From the NCBI GenBank assembly GCA_035604075.1, contig DATNJD010000097.1, positions 1 to 34,006 of the forward strand: DNA of 34,006 nucleotides, in the 5' to 3' direction. A program made the translations under genes and the position numbers. Every line of letters begins with the position of its first letter. Position 1 is the stretch's first letter. This stretch comes from Acidimicrobiales bacterium. GTDB lineage: Bacteria > Actinomycetota > Acidimicrobiia > Acidimicrobiales > UBA8190. Of the stretch, positions 33,978 to 34,006 are shown one piece after another. The notes under the pieces were generated by a model. It saw only the letters and a list, made by a program, of their open reading frames with translations. It was not told where the DNA came from and searched no databases.

Positions 33978-34006
33978 ACCGGACGGGCACGACGTGACCC
34001 TCTACG

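Overview
High-GC (about 70% or more by eye) actinobacterial chromosomal segment, almost fully coding. Most of it is the conserved housekeeping backbone. That backbone runs dnaG; glyQS-hemW-recO-uppS; era-CorC/CNNM-ybeY-phoH-HIT; rsmE-dnaJ-hrcA with a CIRCE operator; and lepA / rpsT / holA. Non-backbone pieces sit between these blocks: ppdK; an NfeD-SPFH pair; a secreted beta-helix plus six-blade propeller protein; an Fe-S DinG-type helicase; a BldD-like regulator that keeps the c-di-GMP signature; a five-gene module (APC permease, SCP2, FAD amine oxidase, divergent EthD and tandem AhpD/CMD-like protein); and a FolP2-like DHPS paralogue next to a thioredoxin-TPR protein and an APH-type kinase. 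I found no rRNA, tRNA, CRISPR array, transposase or integrase. dnaG is missing from the ORF track because it runs off the window edge, so I recovered it by hand translation. Many long track ORFs are antisense or shadow frames typical of high-GC DNA, and many N-termini in the track are over-extended. I re-set starts using SD sequences, stop/start coupling and a recurrent TANNNT-N7-start (leaderless) pattern. I do not see a clear-cut new multi-gene system such as a defence island. The best leads are the BldD-like gene with a candidate operator, the amine-oxidase module with its compact divergent control region, the secreted propeller protein whose SD-positioned start codon is a non-canonical GTA, the FolP2-like paralogue, a coupled 97-aa membrane protein, and several small repeats and hairpins. 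All homology statements come from reading motifs by eye and from memory; no database search was run.
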